Source: Bryobacteraceae bacterium (GTDB taxonomy: Bacteria; Acidobacteriota; Terriglobia; Bryobacterales; Bryobacteraceae). From it: a DNA stretch of 64,000 nucleotides. The stretch covers positions 17,653 through 81,652 of the forward strand of contig JBEKZH010000010.1 of NCBI GenBank assembly GCA_049510065.1, given 5' to 3'. This document shows positions 1 to 9,400 of the stretch, piece after piece; the first letter of the stretch is position 1; the number at the start of each line of letters is the position of its first letter. A program made the position numbers and the translations under genes. Under the pieces are notes generated by a model, which did no database searches, was not told where the DNA came from, and was given only the letters and a program-made list of their open reading frames with translations.

Positions 1-80
1 AAGCCCAGGTGCAGAATCTGCCTTTGGGAATGCACATTTCGCCGCGACGGAGCGAACGCGGTAGTGACCGGAACTCTCCC

Positions 81-932
81 TTACCTGGGGGGCGGCTGAA
101 ACTTCAACTGCAGGCTGGCGCTGTGCACAGACCTCGCCAAACCGATTCGCTGCAAAAACCGGATCCCCAACCAGCTCATGTCGATCTCGTACCACGCGAG
201 TCCATGTCGGGCCGATGTCGGATACGCGTGATGATTATTGTGCCAGCCCTCGCCGAAACTCAACAGGGCCACCAACCAGTTATTCCGCGAACCGTCCCGA
301 GTGGCAAACCGCCGGCTTCCCCAAAAGTGCGTTAGAGAATTGACCATCCACGTGGCATGCAGCCCCATCGTCACGCGGAAGAACACTCCCCACAGAAGAA
401 AGGGCAGGCCGCCGAATGCCAGCAGCACGATACTCAGGATCACCAACGGCACATAGTGATACTTCGAGAGCCAGACCAGAAACCGATCCTTGCAGATGTC
501 CGGGGCGTAGCGGGAGCACTGGTCGATATTGCAGTGGGTCGCGTCGCCGACCAGCATCCACACGATATGACTCCACCACTTGCCATCTCGCGGTGTGTGC
601 GGATCGCCGTCCTTATCAGAGAACTGGTGATGGACGCGGTGCGTCGCAACCCAGAACATGGGGCCACCTTCCAGCGCCAGCGCCCCGCAGGTCGCGAAGA
701 AATATTCGATCCACTTCGGTGCTTTGTAGGAACGATGGGTCAGCAGACGGTGATATCCCATTCCTATGCCCAGGCTCAAGGAAACCCAGTAAAGCGCCAG
801 TGCGGTAAAGAAAGCCGGCCAACTGAAGAAGAAAAGGGCAGCGAGCGCACCAACGTGAAAGACGGTGAAGGCCGTCACCGATGTCCAGTTGATTCCATCT
901 CGCTTAATGAACGGCGCGGCGCCAGTGTCCAT
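81..932 (-). CDS. Acyl-CoA/acyl-lipid delta-9 fatty acid desaturase (membrane, di-iron)
   Basis: 283-aa ORF with the three canonical histidine boxes HRLLTH, HRVHH and HNNHH plus hydrophobic N-terminal segments. The + strand ORFs overlapping it are arginine/proline-rich antisense artefacts. Confidence 0.9.
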   Translation of the reverse strand: MDTGAAPFIKRDGINWTSVTAFTVFHVGALAALFFFSWPAFFTALALYWVSLSLGIGMGYHRLLTHRSYKAPKWIEYFFATCGALALEGGPMFWVATHRVHHQFSDKDGDPHTPRDGKWWSHIVWMLVGDATHCNIDQCSRYAPDICKDRFLVWLSKYHYVPLVILSIVLLAFGGLPFLLWGVFFRVTMGLHATWMVNSLTHFWGSRRFATRDGSRNNWLVALLSFGEGWHNNHHAYPTSARHGLAWYEIDMSWLGIRFLQRIGLARSVHSASLQLKFQPPPR

Positions 933-1130
933 TGGGTCCCTCCCTTTGTCAACCTATCGGACGAGAGCAGGTCTGCGCCTGACTGTCAGAGTTGTGTAAT
1001 TCCGTTGCTCGCGGCGGGGCTGGCGCCCTCGCCCGCGGCCCGACCCCCCGGTCGGGCCTGCCTGAAGCTCTTTCGGAATCCGAAGTTAGCGAGCCACAGC
1101 CGGACGAGGGCGTCCGGCGCGGTCCGGGGG

Positions 1131-1175
1131 GACCGCCCCACGCTGATTGTCAACAATTACGCGGGACAGGACACT
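1131..1175. repeat. Partial (one-end) copy of the palindromic element found complete at 32864-33031
   Basis: GACCGCCCCAC...TTGTCAACAATTACGCGGGACAGGACACTGG aligns by eye (about 24/31 in the terminal part) with the right end ...TTGTTAATTATTAGCTGGGACAGGACACTAG at 33001-33031. I saw no matching left end nearby. Confidence 0.5.
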
Positions 1176-1403
1176 GGCTGCCACAGGCACTCGATCCGAT
1201 CCGAACCAGCCGGTTTCGGATGGCCCGTCACGAGGTCTCATCCCGCTGGGGATTGGGCACCGGATTGCTTGGCTCTCAAGAGGAAGAGGCGGTCGCAGGT
1301 GGTGGACGATGCGAGTATTCGCGTCGAAGAGAGCGCCCACCGTGCCCAGCCTCCATCGGAAATCGCTTTAGTGGAAAATGATTGAAAGAAGAGAGGACAA
1401 CAG

Positions 1404-1583
1404 ATGAAACGTAGCACGAAGGATCAGATCAAAGGCAAGTTTCATGAAGTGAAAGGTAAGGTCAAAGAGAAAGCGGGACAGGCCACGAACAACCCCAGAC
1501 TGACGGCCGAAGGCCAGAGCGAAAACCTCGCCGGCGTAGTCCAGAAGAAAGTCGGCCAGATTGAAAAGGTGTTCAAGAAGTAG
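1404..1583 (+). CDS. CsbD-family general stress protein (59 aa)
   Basis: Below the length cut-off of the ORF track. ATG at 1404 follows AGAGAGGA. Translation is MKRSTKDQIKGKFHEVKGKVKEKAGQATNNPRLTAEGQSENLAGVVQKKVGQIEKVFKK, a typical CsbD repeat pattern (KG..KE..G..T.n..l.aeG). Confidence 0.8.
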   Translation: MKRSTKDQIKGKFHEVKGKVKEKAGQATNNPRLTAEGQSENLAGVVQKKVGQIEKVFKK

Positions 1584-1651
1584 GTGAAACCGTATTTGCG
1601 CAGTGCAGGTTGCTCCGTCACTGCCGGGTACCACCGCCGAAGGAGGCTGCC

Positions 1652-1864
1652 GTGAACAAGGCGCTTGGAATGATCCTGATTGCGCTCGGTCTGTTCGGTC
1701 TTGCGTGGGGAGGTTTTACGTACACGACCAGGGAAAAGGTCGTTGACATGGGACCGATTCACGCTACCCGGGACAAGACACACAATGTACCGCTGCCTCC
1801 GATCGCAGGCGCAGTGGCGCTCATTGGCGGCATTGTGCTCCTGGTAGCACGCAGGAAGGAATAA
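1652..1864 (+). CDS. Small two-TM membrane protein, unknown function
   Basis: Part of ORF 1610-1864. A GTG at 1652 lies 5 nt after AAGGAGG. Two hydrophobic helices (GMILIALGLFGLAWGG and IAGAVALIGGIVLLV). Confidence 0.55.
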   Translation: MNKALGMILIALGLFGLAWGGFTYTTREKVVDMGPIHATRDKTHNVPLPPIAGAVALIGGIVLLVARRKE

Positions 1865-1923
1865 CTTCCGCCCACCCGGCTGTGGGCCAACGTTCAGAAG
1901 ATCAGAAGAAAGGAAGATTCACG

Positions 1924-2082
1924 ATGGTATTGATACTGCTTATCATTTTGTTGTTGGTTCTGGCTGGCGGCGGCGGGTACTATGGCCATAGCCGCTGGGG
2001 CTACGGCGGGGGCGCGGGCATAGGGCTGGGCACCATATTGGTGATTCTCCTGGTAGCCTGGCTGCTGGGCGTTTTCCGCTGA
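1924..2082 (+). CDS. DUF3309-like small membrane protein
   Basis: Internal ATG at 1924 after AAGGAAG. MVLILLIILLLVLAGGGGYYGHSRWGYGGGAGIGLGTILVILLVAWLLGVF matches the DUF3309 layout (TM, glycine-rich Y/W loop, TM). Confidence 0.65.
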   Translation: MVLILLIILLLVLAGGGGYYGHSRWGYGGGAGIGLGTILVILLVAWLLGVFR

Positions 2083-2220
2083 GGTTGCGCCCGCCACCCA
2101 CCACCTCCCCTGCCTGCCTGGCCGTATTGGCGGCGGTTATCGCGCTGGCGTTGTTGGGACGCGTCCACCTTTGGGCGGGCCCCGCAACTCTTTTACTGGA
2201 GAATTGTCAATAGGAAGAAT

Positions 2221-2430
2221 ATGAATTGGGACCAAATTGAAGGCAAGTGGAAGCAGTTCACCGGCTCTGCCCGCGAGCGCTGGGGGAAACTCACCGATAA
2301 TGACTGGGAAACGATCGCCGGCAAGAAGGATCAGTTGGTCGGGCGAATTCAGGAGCGGTATGGGGTGGCGAAAGCGGAGGCCGAAAAACAGGCCGACGAA
2401 TGGTCGCGCGCGCAGGCTGAAAAAGTCTGA
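2221..2430 (+). CDS. CsbD-family general stress protein (69 aa)
   Basis: MNWDQIEGKWKQFTGSARERWGKLTDNDWETIAGKKDQLVGRIQERYG is a textbook CsbD N-terminus. Confidence 0.85.
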   Translation: MNWDQIEGKWKQFTGSARERWGKLTDNDWETIAGKKDQLVGRIQERYGVAKAEAEKQADEWSRAQAEKV

Positions 2431-2502
2431 GCGCGAAAGCCGCTGCCCCATCCGCCTCTAGCGATCACCCGTCCGGATTCGGAGGGCATTCCAGAAGAGA
2501 CG

Positions 2503-2901
2503 ATGAACCTGCCAACGTGCGTGCGAGTTCTCCTTGCGGTCTCATTCTCTATCTCGGGACTCGTGGAGACGCTTGGCGCCACCGGTCTGGTCGTGGAATT
2601 GTCGCCTGCCCACCGCTGGGGACCCGGAGTTCACACCCTGGCCGTCAGCGGCCCTCTGCTGATGGTTGGGGCCGCTCTGCTCGCGTCTGGCCGAAACACA
2701 CGCTGGGTATTGCGCATCCTCGGGTGCTACGTCCTCCTGGTCAGCGTTCTGGGGGATCTGCCGCTCATCTTCAATCCCGATGTTGGCGGAAGTGCGATCG
2801 CCGAACTGTTCATCAATTTGGCGGTCATGGGCGGGATCTTGTTTTGGCTTCACAGCGAGCGGAAACCAGATGCCCACGGGGCAAAACTGCACTTCCAATA
2901 A
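2503..2901 (+). CDS. Hypothetical integral membrane protein (4 predicted TM, DoxX-like topology)
   Basis: 132-aa ORF with four hydrophobic stretches. No diagnostic motif recognised. Confidence 0.5.
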   Translation: MNLPTCVRVLLAVSFSISGLVETLGATGLVVELSPAHRWGPGVHTLAVSGPLLMVGAALLASGRNTRWVLRILGCYVLLVSVLGDLPLIFNPDVGGSAIAELFINLAVMGGILFWLHSERKPDAHGAKLHFQ

Positions 2902-3133
2902 CAAATCCCGCACCGGCTTTGCCGCTCCGGCTGCTGGTTTTCCCGGATTCGCCAGGCCAGGGCGCCGCACCGCCAACAACGCAGCATTTGTAGCAGATCC
3001 TGCATCACCAGCGGCAACAATTGCATGAGTCTGCGATAGATCCGTTCTGAAAGACCGGATTCCGGGGGTTTTTCGCTTTGGCGGCTGATCTGCCTATAGA
3101 CGCGGTGACATCGAAATGGAGATCGATGACTAT

Positions 3134-3952
3134 ATGAAACATTTTCGGAGCATTGCATTCGCAGCCTTCGCCGGTTTGATTGGCGTTGCGCTGCTACCAA
3201 GCCTCCAGGCGGATACCTGGAACAAGAAGACTAACCTGACCGTGAATGAACCGCTTCAAGTGCCATCCTGCTGCACCCCCGGGCACACCGTGACGCTGCA
3301 GCCGGGCGAATATGTCATGGTGCTGGTGGACTCCCTCTCGGACCGGCACATCGTCCGGATCTTCGACAAGGATCAGCAGACCGTCATCACGACGATCCTG
3401 GCGATACCGAACTATCGCCTGCAACCGACCGGCAAAACGGTTTTTGGGTACTGGGAAGTCCCCGCTGGGCAGCCCAGAGCTCTTCGGGCGTGGTTCTACC
3501 CAGGCGACAATTTCGGGCAGGAGTTCGCATATCCGAAACAAACGGCTGCGCAGATTGCGGCCTTTGTGAAGACCCCCGTCCCCGCAATCGCAGTGGAAAC
3601 GAGTGCCGTAGAGGATCTGAAGACGGCGCCCATCGTGGTTGTGGACGAGAGCGGCAAGACCACCGAGTTGGCACAGACAACGCCTGCGCCGGCTCCAGAG
3701 CCTGCCGCACAGCCTGCAGTACAAGAGCCTGCTCCACAGCCTGCGGTGCAAGCTGCCGTACAAGCTGAAGCTGCTCCGGTTCAGCCGCAGACGGCTGATC
3801 GAGCCGTTGAGCCAGAAACCCCCGCGCCAGCGAAGACGTTGCCGCATACCGCCAGCGGCCTTCCGCTACTCGGCCTGGCCGGACTCGTGTCATTGGCCGT
3901 GTTTGCCGCCCTTGGATTTCGCTCCAGGCGCCGGCGTTCCTGTCAGGCCTAA
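3134..3952 (+). CDS. Secreted protein with a sortase-type C-terminal sorting signal (LPHTAS + TM + RRRR)
   Basis: Signal peptide MKHFRSIAFAAFAGLIGVALLPSLQA, a globular domain, then a Pro/Ala/Gln-rich linker. The C-terminus reads KTLPHTASGLPLLGLAGLVSLAVFAALGFRSRRRRSCQA, i.e. LPxTA, a hydrophobic helix and a basic tail. Start taken at the ATG at 3134 inside ORF 3116-3952. Confidence 0.75.
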   Translation: MKHFRSIAFAAFAGLIGVALLPSLQADTWNKKTNLTVNEPLQVPSCCTPGHTVTLQPGEYVMVLVDSLSDRHIVRIFDKDQQTVITTILAIPNYRLQPTGKTVFGYWEVPAGQPRALRAWFYPGDNFGQEFAYPKQTAAQIAAFVKTPVPAIAVETSAVEDLKTAPIVVVDESGKTTELAQTTPAPAPEPAAQPAVQEPAPQPAVQAAVQAEAAPVQPQTADRAVEPETPAPAKTLPHTASGLPLLGLAGLVSLAVFAALGFRSRRRRSCQA

Positions 3953-4014
3953 GCCCGGCTCCTGCAATCGGCCGTGGTCCTTTCAAGGCGGGCCACGGCG
4001 CGTGGGGAGTTACA

Positions 4015-4986
4015 GTGCTAAGAGACCCTCTCATCCTCGTCGTGCTGGCAGCGGCCGTGCTAACACTCCCTGCGCAGGCCCCCGTGGTGGAGGCATCCGA
4101 GCAACCATTCAAGCTCACCGTGACCGCGGAGCTCGTGCTTCTGGATGTAAGCGTCAAAGATGCGGCGGGCGAGCACATCTCGAATCTGAGCAAGGAAGAC
4201 TTCCGGGTTTATGAAGACGGGAAGCTCCAGAAGATAACACAGTTTGGCCACGACGATGTTCCTGTCACTGTTGGCCTGGTAATCGACACAAGCGGAAGCA
4301 TGCAGTCGAAGTACGGGGATGTAGTCACGGCGGCGTTGTCGTTTATTCAGGCGAGCAATCGAAAAGATGAAGTGTTCATCGTGAATTTCGGAGACCGCGT
4401 CAGCTACGGTCTTGCGGACGGCGTTTCGTTCACGGACGACATTCGCCAGCTTCGGGCAGCCCTGTCGTTGGGCGCGCCGGCGGGCCGGACGGCTCTCTAC
4501 GACGCCATTCTGTCCTCATTGCATCATCTTGAGGAGGGCCAGCGCGACAAGAAGACCCTGGTGCTGATCAGCGACGGGGGCGACAACAATAGCGTCCGTG
4601 GGTCCGAAGAGGCCATGCGAATGGTTCGAGAGTCCCGCGCGACGATTTACACGATCGGGATTTTTGACGAGGCCGATCGCGATAAGAACCCGGGGTTGCT
4701 CCGGCGACTCGCCCACGTGAGCGGCGGCGAGGCCTTCTTCCCCGAGCACCTTTCCGAGGTCTCCGGCATCTGCCGGCAGATCGCCAGCGACATTCGCACC
4801 CGGTACACAGTCGGCTACGTTCCGATTCGATCCGGCGAGCAGGGCTCGTTGCGGAAGATCAAAGTGACCGCGTCGACGCCCACCGGGCACAGGCTGGTGG
4901 TACACACGCGCACCAGCTATTCTCTTCCAGACGGACGCCCCACAGTGGATCAGCAGGGCGAGGCCAGCCGGAAGGTGGGCCTGTGA
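4015..4986 (+). CDS. von Willebrand factor A (vWA) domain protein, Acidobacteria VWFA-related type
   Basis: Signal peptide, an N-terminal beta region, then a MIDAS motif (VIDTSGSM = DxSxS) and later LISDGGDN. The layout resembles the TIGR03436-type family. Its stop overlaps the sortase start (GTGA). Confidence 0.8.
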   Translation: MLRDPLILVVLAAAVLTLPAQAPVVEASEQPFKLTVTAELVLLDVSVKDAAGEHISNLSKEDFRVYEDGKLQKITQFGHDDVPVTVGLVIDTSGSMQSKYGDVVTAALSFIQASNRKDEVFIVNFGDRVSYGLADGVSFTDDIRQLRAALSLGAPAGRTALYDAILSSLHHLEEGQRDKKTLVLISDGGDNNSVRGSEEAMRMVRESRATIYTIGIFDEADRDKNPGLLRRLAHVSGGEAFFPEHLSEVSGICRQIASDIRTRYTVGYVPIRSGEQGSLRKIKVTASTPTGHRLVVHTRTSYSLPDGRPTVDQQGEASRKVGL

Positions 4987-5663
4987 GACTTCGCATCATC
5001 CTCTCGGCGGCAACCCATCGGAGCGCGGTCCGATACTTCTTCCTGGCTTTCGCCATCGCCTGCCTCGGGCTTTACAGCTATGCATATCTTGAGCGGGTCG
5101 TGTACCAAACCTATGAAAGCTGGGAATTCGACCGGACGCCGGACCGCGGCACCGCTGCCGTCGCCGCCTCTAACGATCAAGTCACGCAGATTGGCCCCGT
5201 CGTGCGCGCGTCCCGCAGATCCCTGCCATCGTCGAAGTCTCCGTCTCTGGTTGCAATTATCGGACGACTCTCCGTTCCAAGGCTGCATCTGTCTGCAATG
5301 GTGCGTGAAGGCATCGACCGAAATACCTTACAGCTCGCCGTCGGCCACATCCCAGCGACGGCGCTGCCCGGGCAGGCCGGAAACGTCGGCGTGGCGGGTC
5401 ACCGCGATACCTTCTTTCGCGGGCTGAAGGACTTGAGAACCGGAGACGAAATTCAATTCTCAACGCTGCGTGGCGATTTCAAATACGTAGTCGAATCGCT
5501 CATCATCGTGGAGCCGGACAATGTGGGGGTACTTGCTCCCTCTTCCGAGAATGTACTGACCATGGTGACCTGTTATCCCTTTTCCTACATCGGAGCCGCG
5601 CCCAGGCGGTTCGTGGTAAGGGCCCGGCAGGTGTTACCGCAAACGCTGGCAACTGTGGAATGA
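4983..5663 (+). CDS. Sortase family transpeptidase
   Basis: N-terminal TM anchor, catalytic His context AGHRDTFF, the TLxTC-type motif LTMVTCYPF, and a downstream Arg (APRRFVVRA). Translationally coupled to the vWA gene. Confidence 0.8.
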   Translation: MRLRIILSAATHRSAVRYFFLAFAIACLGLYSYAYLERVVYQTYESWEFDRTPDRGTAAVAASNDQVTQIGPVVRASRRSLPSSKSPSLVAIIGRLSVPRLHLSAMVREGIDRNTLQLAVGHIPATALPGQAGNVGVAGHRDTFFRGLKDLRTGDEIQFSTLRGDFKYVVESLIIVEPDNVGVLAPSSENVLTMVTCYPFSYIGAAPRRFVVRARQVLPQTLATVE

Positions 5664-5697
5664 TGAAGAGCGGCCGGCGATGGCTGGCTGATGGGGA

Positions 5698-6141
5698 GTG
5701 AGCTTGAAACACGCGTCGGTTGTTCCCGCAACCCGGATTCTTGTCATTGAAGACAACGGCTCGGACGTCTACCTTCTCGAGCGGGCCCTGCAGAAGCAGG
5801 ATCTCCGATTTGAACTGGTTCACCTGCTAAACGGAGGCGAAGCCCTCGCTTTCATCCGCAGACAGGGGACCTGGGCGGATGCGGCAATTCCAAACCTGAT
5901 CCTGGTGGACTTGAACCTGGCAAGGTATACCGGCGAAGACATCCTGCGCGAGATCCGAAGCGCCAGACACCTCGGTGGCGTTCCAGTGTGCGTGTGGAGT
6001 TCTTCGCGGTCCCCGCGAAACGAAGCTCTGCTCAAGGACCTCGGAGTTTCCCAATTCATCACCAAGCCTTCCGGTCTGGACCAATTCATGGAGATCGGGA
6101 GAATCGTGAAAGATATACTCGCAGGTCCCAAAGCCGCCTGA
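5698..6141 (+). CDS. Stand-alone response regulator receiver (CheY-like)
   Basis: ILVIEDNGSDVYLLERAL ... LILVDLNLARYTGEDIL ... ITKP. Receiver domain only, with no output domain. Confidence 0.85.
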   Translation: MSLKHASVVPATRILVIEDNGSDVYLLERALQKQDLRFELVHLLNGGEALAFIRRQGTWADAAIPNLILVDLNLARYTGEDILREIRSARHLGGVPVCVWSSSRSPRNEALLKDLGVSQFITKPSGLDQFMEIGRIVKDILAGPKAA

Positions 6142-6170
6142 CGGCGGTTGCTGAAGACGGTCTTCTGGCT

Positions 6171-6257
6171 CCACTCTCTAACGTTCGCGGCTCGGTGAGT
6201 GCCGGCAAACACGAGCCAGCGTTTCCGAGCCGCGCACGTCAGTAAGCGGTTTTCGGG
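6171..6257 (+). repeat. REP-like palindromic element, family 'CGCGGCTCGGT...CCGAGCCGCG'
   Basis: CACTCTCTAACGTTCGCGGCTCGGT-(loop)-TTTCCGAGCCGCGCACGTCAGTAAGCGGTTTT. A ~13-bp GC-rich stem. Related copies lie at 11044-11117 and 41719-41790 (inverted), with a half copy at 31923-31962. Confidence 0.7.
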
Positions 6258-6411
6258 CTTGTTCAGCATCCCGCCGTGCCTCCCTGGATCGAGACGGCGT
6301 TACAATTCACTCAGTTGGCTGCGAGAGTGGCACGGCGCGTGCTCTGATGGTCGGCGTTCCCGTTTCTGTGATGACGCCTGTTTGTCCGGGCGAGAAAGGT
6401 AATGATGGCGC

Positions 6412-9400
6412 GTGGCAAAGAAAACCGGTAAGCGTCGGCCAGTTGACTCACCCCCCTCAAAACAACGCACGACCCCGGCTGGGATCGCTGCCACAGCAGC
6501 CGCAGGGCCCGTTTCCGCGTTGGCTATCGGACCGCCAGCCGCCGAGGAACGCGCCGAAGACAGTTCCCCGCCCATTGTTGGCGTAGGAGCCTCCGCCGGC
6601 GGACTGGAGGCATACACGGAGCTGCTCAGCCATCTGCCGGACGATACCGGACTGGCATTCGTGCTGATTCAGCACCTCGATCCGACGCACGAGAGCCATC
6701 TGACCGAGTTGCTTTCTAAAGCAAGCAGAATGCCTGTCTCTGAGGTGAAAGGGGACACTCGCGCCGAGGCCAATCACGTTTACGTAATTCCGCCCCGATG
6801 CAACCTGGGCATTTCCGACGGAGTCCTTCATACCTCACCCCGGCCCGAGACTGGCCGCAACATGCCGATCGACTCTTTTCTCAACGCCCTGGCGGCGGAT
6901 CGCGGCAGGGGGGCCATCGGCGTCGTTCTGTCGGGAACCGCATCGGATGGGACGCTCGGCCTCCAGGCGATCAAGGCCGCGGGCGGTATCACTTTGGCTC
7001 AGGACAAGCGAACCGCGAAGTTCGACGGCATGCCGGGAAGCGCCATCGCCGCCGGTACGGTGGATTTTGTGCTGCCGCCGGCCGGAATCGCGCGGCAACT
7101 GGTGGCCATCGCGCGCGATGCACGTGTCCCGATCGAGCCTCGGAAGGCGGCTGAGCAGCCGGGGGAAGCAGAACTGAAGAAGATATTCCGGCTGGTGCGC
7201 AGCGCCACCGGAATAGATTTCACGTACTACAAGCACAGCACCCTCAAGCGGCGCATCAAGCGGCGCATGGCCCTGCGCGGATTCGACAAGCTGGAAGACT
7301 ACAGCCGGGATCTCGATGGGAACCGCGAGGAAGCAAACGCCTTGTGCGAGAGCTTCTTTATCACCGTCACTGCATTCTTTCGGGAACCAGCGGTCTTCGA
7401 GGAACTGAAGAAGCGGGTGTTCCCCGCGCTGGTTGCGAATAGAAGGCCCGAGGATCCCATTCGGATCTGGGTGCCGGGGTGCTCCACGGGCGAGGAAGCC
7501 TATTCCATCGCCATCTGCCTGATGGAATTCCTGGAGGAGGCGGGAGTAAGCCTTCCGTTCGAGGTCTTCGCCACCGATATCAGCGAAACGGCGATCGAAA
7601 GAGCCCGCGCCGGCACATACACGGACGCCGCGTTGGCCCATGTCTCGCCGCAGCGATTGGCGCGGTTCTTCACCAGAGCGGAACGCGGGCACCAGATCGC
7701 GAAGATCATCCGAGACATGTGCGTTTTTGCAAAGCACAACGTGGCGCAGGATCCGCCTTTCTCCAGGCTGGACCTCATCAGTTGCTGTAACGTGCTGATC
7801 TACCTGGGAGCCGTATTACAACGCAAGGTGTTGTCGATGCTGCATTACGCCCTCAAACCAACAGGCTTCCTGGTACTCGGTCCTTCGGAAGGCATCGGCA
7901 CGCTTTCCGAGTCATTTCATCAAATAGAGAGGACCCACAGAATCTACCGCATGCGGCCGGACGCGAGTACGCCGGCGCCACCCCTGAGCGAAGGCCGCCG
8001 CGCCGAAGGCCGGGTGGATCTCCGGGAGAGAATTGCCGCGGGCCGAGCCGGGCTGGACGTGCAGAGAGAAGCCGACCGGTTGGTGCTGGCGGAACATGGT
8101 CCCCCCGGCGCCATCATTGACGATGATATGAATGTCGTTCAGGTCCGGGGCCACACCGCACCGTACCTTGAGCTTTCGCCGGGCGAGCCGACCCAGAACC
8201 TTCTGAAAATGGCCCGCGAAGGCTTGATTGTGGGTCTGGTTAAGGCGATCCGAGCTGCCAGACAGACCAACGCCATAACCAAAGAAGACGGCTTCCGGAT
8301 CGAAGGCAGTGGCCAACTAAAAGAGGTCGCAATCCAGGTGTTCCCGTTCACGGGCTCGTCCGCTTCCAAAGAACGCTATTTCCTGGTCCTGTTCGAGGAC
8401 ACCGAGCGGAACGGCGACCCGCGGGCGAAGCCCAGGCCCGCGACACACGACGACCCGGGAAGCGCCCGGCTGCGGCGCGAGCTTGCGGCAACCAAAGAGT
8501 ATCTGCAATCGATCATCGACGACAAGGCAACCACGCTGGAAGAGCTGCGAGCGGCGAACGAAGAGGCGCAGGCGGGCAACGAGGAATTGGAGACCGCGCA
8601 GGAAGAGCTGGAATCGGCCAATGAAGAACTAAACACGCTCAACGAAGACCTGAAGATCAGTAACGTGGAATTGAGCCACGTCAACCGCGATCTGACCAAT
8701 CTTCTCGAGAGCATCAGCATACCCCTGGTGATGGTTGGGCGAGATCTGCGCATTCGCCGCTTTACGCGCGCCATGGAACCTATGTTGAATCTGATCGCTT
8801 CCGACGTCGGACGGTCGATCACCGATCTTCAGCCGCAAATGGAATTACCCGACCTGCGGCGGTTGCTGTTGGATGCGATGGAGGGCGGCGATCGGAAACC
8901 GCGCGATATCCGCGACGCGCATGGCCACTGGTATTCGCTACGCATCCTCCCGTCCGTGGGGCCGGATGGCAGAACCGACGGCGCCGTGCTGATGTTGATC
9001 GATATCGATGCCGCCAAGCGCGGTCTTGACTTCGCCGAAGCCATTGTGGAAACGGTGCGGGAGCCCCTGGTGATCCTGGACCAGAACCTGAAAGTCGTGA
9101 AAGCGAACAAGACGTTCTACGAAGCGTTCCAGGCCGCGCGGGAGGAGACGGAGGAGCGTCTTATCTACGATCTCGGGAACGGACAATGGAATATCCCAAG
9201 ACTGCGCGAGCTGCTCGAGAACATTCTCCCCGCGCACGCAACGTTCCGGAATTTCGAGGTGACACACGAATTTGAACATGTCGGACGGAAAGTGATGCTG
9301 CTCAACGCCAGCGAGATCTTCAATCCGAATGCACAGGCTCGGTCGATCCTTCTCGCGATTGAAGACGCGACAGACCGCAAGCAGGCTGAAGAAGCGCTCA

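Noticed and set aside
9-1385. Multiple + strand ORFs (108, 342 and 130 aa and others) overlapping the desaturase
   Set aside because: They are shadow ORFs with low-complexity Arg/Pro/Gln-rich translations. The - strand encodes a complete desaturase with all three His boxes.
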